Source of the DNA: Tubiluchus corallicola
Lineage: Eukaryota > Animalia > Priapulida
Assembly: GCA_030141605.1 (NCBI GenBank)
Contig: JAQGDQ010000442.1
Coordinates: 131,706-195,705, forward strand
Direction: 5' to 3'
Length of the DNA: 64,000 nt
This document shows, one piece after another, positions 15,401 through 28,900 of this stretch; position 1 is the first letter of the stretch, and each line of letters begins with the position of its first letter. The notes below the pieces were generated by a model, which saw only the letters and a list, made by a program, of their open reading frames with translations, was not told the DNA's origin and ran no database searches. The translations under genes were made by a program, and so were the position numbers.

Positions 15401-18400
15401 CTGTGGCTTTAGCCTATATGATAAAACAAACAGGAAATAAAAACTTTTAATGTACATAATGGAATAAAACTGCTTCCGATTCGATGTGCAATAGCTTCTT
15501 AAGTATGTCACTATGCAATGTGTTGTTGATGTCGTTTTTGCCACTTTTTTCTTGCTTTGCTGTACCCGGTGTTGTTGTCATTGTTGCTGCTGCCGCTATA
15601 CTGAACTGCTGCCCTGCTGCTGCTGTTACCAAAGCCACTGTCATCACTAGCAAAAGCACCATATGTTCACTGCAACTACCAAAACTAATACCTTTAGTAA
15701 ATCCATCCACTTTTCTATGGCTGCTTTCTCATCTGGAAAACTCTCAAGCAGAGAATTCCGGTAGGCATCTTTTGGACCGTTCCTCAAAGGGAAGAAACGA
15801 GATTTTCCCGGCGGTCCTAAAGCAACCTGGAAAAGGGTAAAAATGTAAGTCATTCTACGTTTCTCTAAGAAACTCGATATTTTCTCAAACTATTGAATCA
15901 GTTTATTCACTTTTGATTTATAGGGGCAAATCTAGTGTGTGCCGAGACCAAATCAAGTCTAGCCTGCAACTGTGTTTCTAACAATTATATTAAGTTGCTT
16001 TACTTTGTTGATTTTGCTCACCATAAACTTCAAAATATCTGTAAACTGGTTAATCTCATTTGCGCAAACTTAGTTATTGGCTCGTCAGGCAATATTAAAT
16101 CCACAACACATGGTAGCACAAATAATAGACATAACATATTCGTATTATTAAATTTAAAAGAGCTGTGGTATCTAAAAATAACATATTTATACAGAGGTGG
16201 CTGTTCGATGACCACTGGTCTTTCGCCAACCCGTCTCTATTTTGTTAATATAATTTACTAACTATAATTTCGAACCCTTTGTAACCCACTGAGAGAGACA
16301 AATAAAAATTTGGAATTGAATTGAATAGCCTGGCATTTCCAACAGGTATAGACCACGTACGGACTCAGAACTGGATTTGGTACGGACTCAGGCACTACTA
16401 TGCAGCCGGTGTGCAAATTTAGTAGCAAAAACAATCAGAAAAAAATGAAGAAAAAATTGCATGTGCACACACACACTTTCCATAAGAGCCAATGTAGCAA
16501 AAAACAAGAAATAATACAAAAAATAACACAAGAATGAAATAGCAAAACAACATATGAATGAAATAAGTGTAAAAAGAAGCTTAGCACAAGCAGGAAAATA
16601 GTTTGGGTTACGTTAACGTTATCCATTACTCAGCATATATTCAATACTTATGTACATAAACTTGTGTGCACAAACATAAATTTATGCATAACATTATAAC
16701 TGTGCCAGCAGTGATTTTGTTTTAATACAAGTATTGATACCACAACTTACAGTGTCATAATTATCGTCCAGGTCAGACCATTTTAATTGGCCGTCGGTGA
16801 TCGAGTCCATGAGAGCTCGAAGCATTGTATCAGAGCGCATTTCTCCAATGTAGTGAATGCCTAAATACAAATAGCCATTTTATTTTTTGTAAGAATTACG
16901 AAATAAATTTATTTACTCATCACACTCATTTAAAATATTTCAGTTTGCTTAACTACTAAGTCATGAATTTCTTTGGAGCAAAGGTTATTTCAACAGCCGA
17001 TACAAAACATAGATTTTATTGCCTTTAATGATAATATTTGACAATTATTACACATTAGCTTAGAAATTCAATTAAATGCTCGTAAATGCAAACAAAAAAT
17101 ACGACGCCACTGCATGACTGTAAATATGGAACACAAATTCTAGACACCAAAGAGAATGATGTTGGCAAAAATATTATAGGTGATGAGTATCTTGGTCATT
17201 CCTATAAACCAGCCGTTAAGTTTGTATATCTGTAACTATGTAAAACATGAAGCAAGTCGTCTCATGAATCTTAATTACAAATCAATTATGTAGGCTATAC
17301 GGTGAACTTGATACTATATCAAATTATCAGTAGCATCACATTTCAGAAACATGCCAGATAATGGACATTATCAACTGGATAATAGTTATTAGACACTGGA
17401 TGCTGGATATTGCACGCTAGGTACAGCATATTACATACCGGATACTATTGGATGCTGGATATTGAACGCTAGGTACAGCATATTACATACCGGATACTAT
17501 TGGATGCTGGATATTGAATGCTGGATACCTGTGTCAGAATATTTCCTTACCTACGTCGAACTCAAAACCTTTCTCTATGAATGTATGGCAGCAACCACCA
17601 GCTTGGTCGTGTTGTTCTAGAACCAGCACTTTTTTCCCAGCTCGAGCCATGAGCGACGCGGCCGCCAGACCGCCTATACCACTGCCTATGACAATCGCAT
17701 CAAGTTGCTCTGGTACCTTATCTCTCTTAAAACCTAGAATAAATTTTTTAATTAAGTATAATGAAACTCTAGGCAATAAAGTCACTCTCTTATTTTAATT
17801 ACCTTAAAGTGATCTAAATGTATTTTCATAAAGGCAACAGTTCCAATCACATGGCCATTTAAAAATCACTTAGCAATATATTTTTTCATGAATTTTATTT
17901 CATAACGTAATAAATCCAGTCCATCATAAAGTGCATTACTAACTGAATTATTAAAGTTTATTTAGAATATCAGGTGTCTCAAACGTTACTATATACATTG
18001 ATTTTCATGTTTCAAGATTATCTACTTGTCCACACAGCTAACCTCAACCCTGTTTATTATCTGATAATATTAAGTAGCCACTGGCTAGTTACTGCTGGAT
18101 ACTAGATGCTGCATACTGAATGTGTGATTACTGGAAGCTGAATATTGAATACCGGATACTAAATACTGGATGCTGAATACTGAATGTCTGATTCTGGATA
18201 TTGGATGCTGAATGCTTGATTCTGGATATTGGATGCTGAATATTGAATACTGGATACTAGACGTCGGATGCTGGATTCTGGATGGTGGATACTAGATTTT
18301 AAATGTTGGATAATGCATACTGAACACTGAATGCTGGATGCTAAATGATGGGCACTGGATGAGCACTAGCTACTGAATGCATAGGTTGTGAATGCCAGAT

Positions 18401-20871
18401 AATGGATATTACATACTGGATGATAGATATTGGATACTGGATGCTGGATATTGAATGCTGGGTGCAGCATATTACATACCGAATACTATTGGATGCTGAA
18501 CACTGAATACTGGATACTAGATATTAGATGCTGGATGCTGGATAATAAGTGCTGGGTTATGGATGCTGGACTTTGCATATTACATACTGGATGCTGGATA
18601 CTGGCTTGCAGCATGTGAAAAATGCTTTTTACCCGAGTTTTAAGAACTAGTTCTAATCATGTCCAAATGATCAACATTGAGTACCTGTATTACAATGCGT
18701 CAGCTACACTTGATCAGATGTACAACTTACACATATGACTTTTTTATTAATTATAGCTGTATTAAGTACAGTCTGTACATTTGATTTTCAGTACTTCATA
18801 ACTACTGTAATGCTACAGGCTCATTTCTAAAGTTTAAGAAAGCAACTACTGTAAGAGGAAACATAGTCCACATAATGCATAGCTATCATGAAACTCTTAT
18901 ATCAGAAACTATCTGCAGTCAAAAGTTGCATTTCCTGAAATATACAATTTCTCATCATACAGTGATACCTCCGTTTTCGAACATCTCCGTACTCGTACAA
19001 ATCGGTTTTCGACAGAAAATATTGGATAATGCGTACTGAACATTGAATGCTGGATACTGGATGCTAAATTGTCTCCGTTCTCGACAAGAATTTCGGTATT
19101 CGACAAACACGTGATGAACACATGCGTGGCGAGCCGAGCATAACCGACCGCGCCCGAGAGTAGTCACGCACAACATTTGAATCGCCTAACGTCGCTAAGT
19201 GCTTTCTATGCTTATTTTTTTTCCGCTTTTTCATGCAGGAACAAATATGTTTTTCTTTCTAAGTAATTCTATTGTTTTTCTTATCAATTGTATCATATCA
19301 TCTGTTTGAATAAACATTTTTGCATTATTATATTTCGTTTTAGTAATACTTTACAGTTCATTTGGTAATTGAGAATGGATTATTTGCTTTTACAATATTT
19401 CTTATGGGAATAAATGATTCAGTTCTCAACCAAATCGGTTTTCAAACACTTCTTAGGAACGAATTATGGTCGAAAACAGAGGTATGAATGTATATTATGT
19501 TGGCAAAATTATAACATATTCGATATATATTAATTAGAATATATAATAAATTATGTATAATAGGCTACAATGTTAATGATGTCCACAAGACCTACTCAAT
19601 TCAAATTGGAGATGAAATGATAAAGCAATCAAGCTGTCAATATTAAATCATGCACAGAGTACATGTCAACAAGTTCTACAGCTGGTCAGTAGTAGAACTA
19701 CACTATTTGCAATCACTGAACTTTGGACCAATAGCACACTGACAGTTTTTGACATACAAAGTGCATCTAATCAGTAACTTATCACAATCCATCACCAATA
19801 TATTAAGACTTTATTAATTTTTATGTAAAAACAGTGACAATTGAATTTTGGAATAAGGAATAAATCATTGTTCAATACAAATTGTCCAAGCTTGTGTTAG
19901 ACTGCTAAAACTATTAATTTACTAAATCACAGTGAATTTGTTCAAAAAAATATAACAAGCATCATGTAAGATAATGTTAACAGTCGATTAAATTTGCTGT
20001 TTATCAATACTGACTGAAAACTGTTAAATACTATGAAAACTATCATTCTTCCTTGACCATACCAGATGATATCACTAAACGTCATTTTATGATATAATAC
20101 GGTCATAAATTAAGAAGCATTAAAATTATGTCCATACTGTAGCTCAGTTAGTTTTAATGACAAATTCAAACGTTTCTGGCAAGTAAGCGGATATCATTTT
20201 ACCAAAAGAACAGACAAAGCGATAGACACTGATTAGGCCCATTTCTTTCACAGATTGCCAGTGATTATCATAAACCAGCGGTATGTGTTCGCTGCACAGC
20301 GGACCTACTTAGTCAACGGTACTGACTATGCTAATACAGCAGCATGATCATTTAGCATTTACATTGCAAGAGCAGCTCAAATGCAGCATACCCTATTTTC
20401 TATGAAGGAGATTGTGACTGACCCACAACCATACTTACAAACTGTTATTGCTGGATATTCGAAAACGTCTAACTTTATTAGCGGAACAATCTGATTAAAG
20501 TAAACTATCAATAATTGTTATCACACAAAAAAATGTATAGCATCTGTACATAACAAGCACTCTTTAATAATTTTTCAATCTCTCTCTTCCCATTTTAGTA
20601 AATTAATTAAATCTACACCTTATAAGTGTCACTTGCTGGTCAAACAATGATTACCTTGTTTTATCACCTTGTCTCTTTCATTCTGATCAATGACAAGTGG
20701 TTTCGGAGGACGCACAGAACCAACGCGAAATGGAGTTCTTGCAGGTTCGGTATCATACATAAGTAACGCAAGTAAACCAATAAACACTGCTATCAGCAGA
20801 AGTGCTAGTAACAGAGGCCAATTATCGTCTACAAACGTATACAACATGTCAAACAATTTAAAAACGGACAT
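3474..20871 (-). CDS. RETSAT: All-trans-retinol 13,14-reductase-like protein (retinol saturase, CrtISO/phytoene desaturase superfamily), paralogue 1, ~634 aa
   Basis: 12 exons: 20871-20655, 17733-17551, 16860-16751, 15826-15692, 14467-14266, 13125-12931, 11112-10993, 9501-9376, 8496-8365, 6132-5966, 4570-4408, 3628-3474. All GT-AG, total 1905 nt in frame. N-terminal hydrophobic anchor; [13 protein letters not shown]...[29 protein letters not shown]; [14 protein letters not shown]; FISFPSARD; [13 protein letters not shown]. Confidence 0.95.
5405..5532 (-). mobile_element. 3' end fragment of a LINE/SINE family (stem-loop plus simple-repeat tail)
   Basis: Minus-strand hairpin GGGCAGCTGACTAGATGACCAATTGGTCTTTCGCTGCCC followed by a (TTA)n tail. 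Related hairpins at ~11962-12005 (+), ~16194-16238 (+) and ~53041-53083 (-). Confidence 0.5.
6847..7092 (-). mobile_element. Truncated copy of the Tc1/mariner (Tigger-like) MITE at 18960-19490
   Basis: Reverse complement of the right ~245 bp of the 18960-19490 element; begins TA-CAGTAGTACC. Confidence 0.65.
7558..8218 (-). mobile_element. Non-autonomous hAT (Charlie/Buster-type) element, deletion derivative A
   Basis: TIRs CAGTGGTTCCCAACC / GGTTGGGAACCACTG; 8-bp TSD TCATAGAT/TCATAGAC. Internal minus-strand transposase C-terminus [49 protein letters not shown]. Confidence 0.9.
9653..9811. repeat. Tandem duplication of ~80 bp
   Basis: GCACAG(G/C)TGAAATAA...CAACAGAGGTCAAAATTTTTCA occurs twice in direct orientation. 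Confidence 0.85.
10105..10773. repeat. 26-bp minisatellite, ~25 copies
   Basis: Unit CTAAGTACGTCATAGTACGTAATTTT read directly, inside a RETSAT-1 intron. Confidence 0.97.
12100..12330 (+). repeat. Interspersed repeat shared with ~41680-41900
   Basis: Shared core CAAAATGTTATCTAA...TCTAACGGTCATCGC(A/G)GGAGTTTAAATTTAC; family not identified. Confidence 0.6.
12548..12870. mobile_element. hAT-type MITE
   Basis: Ends CAGTGGTTTCCAA / TTGAGAACCACTG; degenerate 8-bp TSD CTGTATGG/CTGCATAG. Confidence 0.6.
13789..14190. mobile_element. hAT-like MITE
   Basis: Ends CAGGGTTCCTAC / GTGGGAACCTG with repeated subterminal TTTCC(C/A/T)TGAC motifs; no clear TSD. Confidence 0.55.
14552..15336. mobile_element. 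piggyBac-like MITE containing a nested foldback element (~14830-15190)
   Basis: TTAA flanks at 14548-14551 and 15337-15340; TIRs CCCTTTCACTAGG / CATAGAGAAAGGG. Internal inverted arms of ~100-150 bp carry (CA)n and (TG)n. Confidence 0.65.
17350..18610. repeat. Degenerate 7-bp-period satellite (CTGGATR)n in two blocks (~17350-17530, ~18090-18610) flanking RETSAT-1 exon 2
   Basis: Repeated CTGGATA/CTGGATG/CTGAATA units. A ~52-bp higher unit is duplicated at 17398-17501 and recurs at ~18438-18490. Confidence 0.85.
18960..19490. mobile_element. Tc1/mariner (pogo/Tigger-like) MITE
   Basis: TA flanks; ~23-bp TIRs CAGTGATACCTCCGTTTTCGAAC / GGTCGAAAACAGAGGTATGAATG. Confidence 0.8.
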
Positions 20872-22034
20872 TTCGTTTTAATAATTCTAGCAAGACGTAA
20901 GCTCTACGGATCCAGCGCCAACATTCACTACTGTACCACCAATCTACACTACCTAGCTCACCGCGAGACGAGTTTATTGCAGTACAAAGTTGCAAACCTG
21001 ATAGCGCAGAACGCATACCAAGACAATATATAACATCGCACGTAGATAAATGCATATGGTCAGTCAGAGATACAGGAAAGATAATAATAATAATAATAAT
21101 AATAATTAGCACAAGGCACAATGTATCAAGACACATTGATCTGGAGTAATCAAACACGGACTTGAGAAACTGTCATATCGAATTATAGATCATTTAGTAA
21201 CAATGTAAAATGTTTTTGATTGACATCTGTAGAGTAGCAGCATAATACTGATTCTATCAGTATTGCTCTCTTTTTCTTTCTTTCTTTTTTAAAGTATTTT
21301 GCATTTTTTAATATGTTCTGCATGAAAGTATAATTTTGTTTTCACGAATATTTGTTAAAAAAGAACGCTAATGATTTAAATAATTCTAATTTGGAAATTT
21401 GACATTTGTTTTGAATAAAATTTTGTCAGAAGTAAAACATGGACACTGTTGATTTAGATAATTATATATAAATGTTTATCAAATCTCTCATTAATAATTT
21501 ATTTTCTTGTACATTATGTGAGTTATTACAATACATATAATATACAGTTTATATATTATTATAAATGTTATTATTATATTATAATATTATTATTTGCATG
21601 AAATTTGAAATAATTCCGTTGCTTGGTTCTTTTTATCTTTTATTGCTTGCTTGCATTATTGCAATTGCAATTTCATTTTCATTTGTTTTTTATGTTGGCG
21701 TTATATCGATTTGTTATGATTTTGCTTGCTTAAAATTCGTTTTAGTTAAGTTTCATTTTATAAATATTCTCAAGTATACAACTGTCTTAATTTTTTTACT
21801 TGGCATTTTTTATAAAGTTAATAACCATCATAATAGTACTATTGTAAATTAATCATCAGAGCATAGGATGACAGCAATGATGATGGCGTTTTTTCCATTC
21901 TGTCTTGGAAATTATATTTGAACATCGTTGTGATTTGTGTACATGACCTGTAGAGACAAGACGACAAAGAGAGGGAGAGGGAGAGGGAGAGACAGGATTG
22001 AGAGAAAAAGAGAGAGAAAGAGTGAGGGAGAACA

Positions 22035-22360
<326 letters not shown>

Positions 22361-22959
22361 CTAGAGAGAGAGGGGGGAGAGAAGAGAAAGGGGGAGCGAG
22401 AGAAAGAAAAAAGGGGGAAACTAGAGAAAAATGAAGAGAAAGGACTGTGCAAAATTAAGCAGTAACCATAACTGAAATGACATGCGAGTGAACAGTTATG
22501 AAGAAGTCAATTTGAAAAGCTCGCTGGATTTTGCTATAGTTGGGAGCGGAACTGATGTCGTATCCTACAATCGTGATGATCAAGGATTAAGATCATTTGT
22601 CTTCTAGGGTGTGTTCTGCAATCACAAGCTGATGGTACATTTTTATAGTCAACATCATCAGTTTCTGCATCGAACTAGGTTGCGTCAACGCATGTACATG
22701 GATGAAGAAATTCAAAAGAAATGTAAAAAAAATATGTGATATATGAGACTCAGAAAAGTTCGCACATAGTAAACCATTACTCTAAGTCTACATAATGAAG
22801 GACCACAGCAATAAGCGTTAGAACAATAAAACAAAAACTTTCACTTTCTTTTGCCTTGTTTTATTATTCTAACTTTCTAACTCTATAATCGCCGTGGTCG
22901 TTCGTTATGTAGACTTGGCGTATGTTAGTCAAGATTGGCTATTTTGTTGCAGCGCAATT

Positions 22960-25900
22960 ATGGCTGCTGCACTAAAACTTTTGAGTTTTTTTGCATCGAT
23001 ATTTGATAGCATACCTTTGTTTTTCTTAATATTATTGACGTTGGTTATTGGTGTATTATTTTGGATTTACTACAGAGCAACAACAGGAATATATTCTTTA
23101 ACTAATATTAAAAATCCAGCTGAATTTGTCGCTGATCAACGTCTGCGGGATAAGGTGCTTAAACAAGGTAAATTAGGTTGTATGACGCGGAGTACGCCGC
23201 TAGGCGAAGCAGAACACTTCCGTTAAAGCGCTTGTCCTAAATTTGCGGAAAAACAGTGTTTTACATGGGCAGCCTAAGTAGAGCTCTGGCGATTTCCGCC
23301 GAGAATCGAGAATTATGACATAATAAAAAAAAACTCGGGCACTGTAGCTCGCTGGCCCGTTTACTATTTGTCCAAGAAGTAGTGAAACGTATCATCTGTC
23401 TGTGCAGCGAGACAATAAAAAATGATATACCTTAAGCAAATGTTGGAATTGCCTAAAAAGCTTATTTTACTTCATAAAGATTAATATCGAAGCCAAATTT
23501 AGTATTGCCTATTGGCCATTCTACTAGCTCAGAATAAAATTCTTTTGTTTTATCAGATGTATAATAAATTATTCAACATGTATTGAATAATTTTCAACGT
23601 TTTCAATCATTATTATTAAATAAACATTGGCAATTGATGCTGCCAGTAGGGTTAACGACTCGATTTGTGACTTGTCTGTAGTGTCCTACTTGGGCAACCC
23701 ATGTACGACGCGCCCTACTTTGGCTAGCTCATGTACGATGTGTCCTACTTGGGCTAGCCCATGTACGACGCGTCCTACTTGGGCTCGCCCTGTATGCCAA
23801 TTGTCTTACTTTGGCTAGTGTCCTACTCTGCTCCCAACAAGGTAACTTGAGAGTTGTTATAAAACATTTACTTTCTCTAAAAAGCGGATTTCAGTATTAT
23901 GAGATTTCGTTATTTCAGTATTTTTGTCGTTTTGTTTCAGGTTTTGCTACCAAGAAGTTGCCAAGCAATTTAGATGCTATAGTGATTGGCAGCGGTGTCG
24001 GAGGATTAACCACCGCTGCATTCTTAGCGAAGCATGGAAAGCGAGTTCTAGTCTTGGAACAGCATGACCAAGCTGGTGGTTGTTGTCACACATTCATCGA
24101 AAATGGCTATGAGTTTGATGTTGGTGCGTGAAGTTTTACTCTTTAGAGCGATGTTATGGGATGAAAAAAACTTGCTTTGAACGATTAGTAGGACGGAACT
24201 ATTGGTTTTAATTCCCCTTTGGTTCTGTGAAAGTTTCCCCGATTCTTTGCAGTTGTCATGAAACTATCTACAAGACTGTTAAATACAAAACCATGTGTAA
24301 AATCGTGCCTATAATTTATAAAATGGTTTGTACAATATTTTGGAACAATAACTTTATGATCATTTTCTTAGTGAATCTCCAAATTAACGATTTGTCATTT
24401 AGTTTTTCTAAAATCATAATCGTTGAGTGTATCTATACTGCACCCCACCACATTATTAGAAGTGTTGAAATTGCATCAAAATGGAATTTATTGCCGACTA
24501 GTTTTGAACAAACTGTTCATTGTCAAGGCATCTAAAACAAAGAAATTTAACAGTCAGTACCATTCAGTAGTTAGATAGACAAGAGGTATATGATATAACA
24601 TTATATAGATAATTTAACAATTCCTTACAGATTACATATCTTGATTGGTATGAAATTATTCTACTCTCTACAAACAAACAAACAAATATGTTAGTAGTTA
24701 TATTTTGATGTAGTTACCTCTATTTGCCATATATGGATAATTCAAGTGTTGAAATTGATTGAACTTTGCTGTCATAGAAAGCAATAACAATATTTTGTCA
24801 TTTTTAAAACTCTGTTTCAGTCCAATACTGGTTATGTTCGTAACTACTGTGGTTTTAATTAAATCTAGTTGTTTTTGTGTACATTTACCTTTTCGTTTGC
24901 TATTTAGGCATACATTATGTAGGAGAAATGGCACCGGGAACTCAAAACTTTGAAATGCTTAATCAGTTGACCAATGGACAGTTGGTGTGGACAAAACTGA
25001 GCAAAGATTTCGATTCGGTAACTTTTGTAGTTTATCTTTTATGAACTATGTATTAATGCAGGCGTGGTTGCATTTTGTTACGGTATTTGATGAAAACTTT
25101 GAAACTATACTGTCATTGAATTTGCATGTTATATAGCTGTGTATTGTTTGTGCAGATTTTCATGTTTATGGTAAGAGAAAATAAATTTTACTAATTGCTG
25201 AAAAACTATTTATAAACCTAGTTACTAGTTGTACTTTGCTTGTATATTATTGATTTCCAGATATTCAAACTGAAATCTTATTTATTCATTCATTTACCAA
25301 TCTATTTATTCCTTCATTTTTTATCTATTTTTGTTTTTCTTTTTATTTTAATTTTCTTTTTATTTTAATATTGACTGTTAAAGCTACCAGTTTGTGCAGA
25401 GTGAGGTTTTTTTGCATTGCTATTGAAAGCTGTGTTATCATGAAACTATCTGAAATTTGAACTATGTGGGTGTAGGATTAATGGTGGAGTGATTGCTGTG
25501 TGTGCTTAGGCTTAGCAGTACAAGTTAAGCAATGCTGAGCCTAATACGCAACCGGTGGGTGATTTTCTTGTTTAATGTAAGAAAGTGTCATCATCAAGTG
25601 TGTGAAAAACGATACAGTATTGATTAATTGATCATCAAGTTGTTTCTTCTCTAATTAATGAAATGAAAAAAATGATAAAATGATGAATACCAGCTAGTTG
25701 TACTGCAAAATTCAGATAATAACAAAACTGAAATAAAAGAGAAGAAATATAGGTGAACAAAATATAAAATGAAAATTATGTAATGAGATTTCGTATTGTA
25801 GCTACGATGATATGTTTTCATAAATACTTTCCTTAGTTGTGAATAGAAAAAGTAAAGTTATGCAGTATAACAAAAACTATTGTTTGGCATTATATTGTTA

Positions 25901-28900
25901 ATTAATTAGCACAAGCAGAAATGATAAAATTGATTCGTAAGATTTATTCAATAAATCACCAATAACAACAGCTTACTAAGGCGTCATTATAATAATTCAT
26001 TTAGCAATTAAAAACATAAACAAGTTGTTTTTGTCGCAGTTTAGATATTGTTTTAGTGTTTACATATTTTGTTGTTTTTCTTACCGTCTTGTAGGTGGTA
26101 CTTGGACGGCAACGTATTCCAATTTGCTCACCAAAGTGCGAATTCAAGAAGCAGCTGCTTGAAAGATTTCCTGCTGAAAAAGATGCCATCGAAAGATTTT
26201 GTCGCTACCTAGGTGTAAGTATAACTGCACAATGGAAAATTGGAAAGCAGTTATTGCGACATAGTCCTCTCTCATATTTGAATCAGTCGCTTTTATAATA
26301 ACCATAATATATAGCAAAAGTGGGAGGTGAACATATTTGCTAAAACATTTATGTTGCTGTTGTCTTTTTAATACTAATGCTTGCAACATTCTGTATAAGC
26401 TTTTTAAAGACAGTTAATGTACCACAGTTCACGACCAGAATTTCGAAGCGAATCCTAGAATCCATTCGCCTAAACATTCGCACCAATGCCTGTTATTGGG
26501 ATTCACACAGACTTTACCTAAGTGTTAAAAAAATAAAGATAATATTCTCACTAATCGGCCTCTTACACCTTTTGCCTTGTGCTAGCACACATGCTGATAT
26601 ATTGTTCTTATGAATTTACAATGTTACTTCCCAAGTGTCTTTGGTGCGCTGTTTTTCATTCAGTGTTGCATAGAGAAATCATAGGGTATCTGTGCTCGTT
26701 GCGAAGCCAGCAAGACCACAAATGTGTGTCCAGAGTGTATGAAGTTTGATAGCGGTCGATTTGTCAAATTACCACTAAAATTTTGCGTAAATATAGAGCA
26801 ATTCTTGTTTCACATACTTGCGATACATTTTTTGATGAAGGAAATGACGATTTTGGTTCAATGACAAAGAGAATAATTAACAAAATACCTAATTGGCTTG
26901 GAGACTGAATCAAGAAAGTTAGGTCTCGTTGTAAAAAAGATGCTAGCACTAATAGTGATTAATTCTTATAATAATCCAACTTTAATTGAAATTCAATCTT
27001 TGCTGTTTCAGTAATTATAATTCATCGTACTTGAACTATATAATTTTGACCTCGATTCTCTGGATTCTCGTAAAATGTCACGGCGAGAATCAGCTTAGAT
27101 TTTGGCGAAATATAACAAAATTCTGGCCATGTAATTATATAGACAGGTACCCTTAAACATGTCCTGAATTAGTGGGATACAGTTTGATAGGGGTTTAGAG
27201 ATGCTTCGCCGTATTTTGTATTCTGTTACGGATTCTGATAGACGGTGGTTAGTGATAGTCGGCAGTTTGTAATGGTGTGGCAGGATTGACGGAGAAGTGG
27301 CATGGAGACGTGCTGTGGTGCAGATTCATGACAAGTTGAGGCTGAGAGGGTTGCAGTGGTTTCGTCACGTAGCGAGGGCAGAGGAAGGGAATTCGCTGGG
27401 GGAGGTGGGAAGGGAAGGGAAAGACATCGTGGAAAGGGTGTGTGTAGGATAGCTTGAGGTTCGATGAGAAAGGAAGGAGATGGTACAGGATAAAGTGTTC
27501 TGACTGTCCGTCTGACCTCTCAGTGAGAAGATGAAGGCATATAAGTGAAAATGATAACAAAATAAATGAATATTAAAGGCTGCTTAAGATTATGCTGTAT
27601 TTTTTCAGAGGATTGCTATACAAGGCTACGGATTAGCTTTGCCAAAGTTTCTGCCATTGACAGCTGCCAAGTTTCTACTAAAAACCGGCATTCTTAGATG
27701 GCTTACTAGGTATGTTGTCATCAAGTTTTATCTAACTACACAAGTTAATTCTTAGTGTGGTTATGATAAATGTATAGCTTTTTGTTGTGCTAGAGTAAAA
27801 AATCCTTCAGATAGATAGAGGGGTTTATCCTAGTTCATCCAAAGAATGTGACCTCTGCTTATCCTCAGTGATTCTCATCTTCAACTTCTTGGGATGTCGA
27901 AACTCCCAGTAAACAAAGCCATCCTTTTCGGTGGCTTCATTATGACAAATAACAACAAAACAGGTGACAATCTGTAAGTAATTTATTTATATTTCCATTA
28001 TTGCGGTTGTCAAATCTGAAAATGTGGTATTTATCGCTATTTTTGCCTAATAAATTTAATTTGAAAAATTCTTTGAAAATTGGTAAAGTCTGCCTGTTTG
28101 TGGTGTGTAGTTCTAGACATAATTTGTTGTCAATGTTAAATTACATATTAAAAATACTATTGTAGATACACAAGTTTTGTTGGTGTACAATAATTAACTA
28201 AGTGTTAGTTCCATATTTTAAACTTTTTAACACTGGAAACTTGAATTTTGTCCTGTTTGTACTTGCCTTCTAAATGAGCAGTGTTTTTGTTTATCTTGCG
28301 GAAAACTGACCATCTTATTATTCGTAGTTGTTAAGATTTTCTTTTATTTTTGTGAAGTTAATAACTCACTATATGCTAACTTTCTACAGTATTTTTCTGT
28401 TAAATTTTTAATTTTTGTTAATTTATTAAAGAAATTCAAACTTCAAATGTTTAACTTTGTTCATGCAATATTACCAAGCTTTTCATTAGTAAATATTTAA
28501 GTTTTTGCAATTGTTGTTTCTATGCGTGTGTGCATCTGGCTATTCTGTATGTTAAAACTCATTCTTCACAACTCTAGCTTTTACGCATACAATGACATGA
28601 ATCTTCTGGACACGGTCAAGCAGTTGACCAATGACCCATGCCTGCAGGCCATCATGTGCTACAATTTTGGTGATTACGGTGAGATGACACATGCTATTTA
28701 CTAATAAGCATGTTCGCTAGTTCAGCACGGTGCATGTTGGGCAGGCAAACTAGAAATTAACTCGAACTGCACGACGTCCTTGGTGTACTGTTGCAACTTA
28801 CCATAAGTTTTTATTTGTTAATAAATTACCTTAAATTATAAACGTGACGCTTATTACGAACTAACCATGTCACCAGGGGCCAGTAGTGTTGTGGAACACA

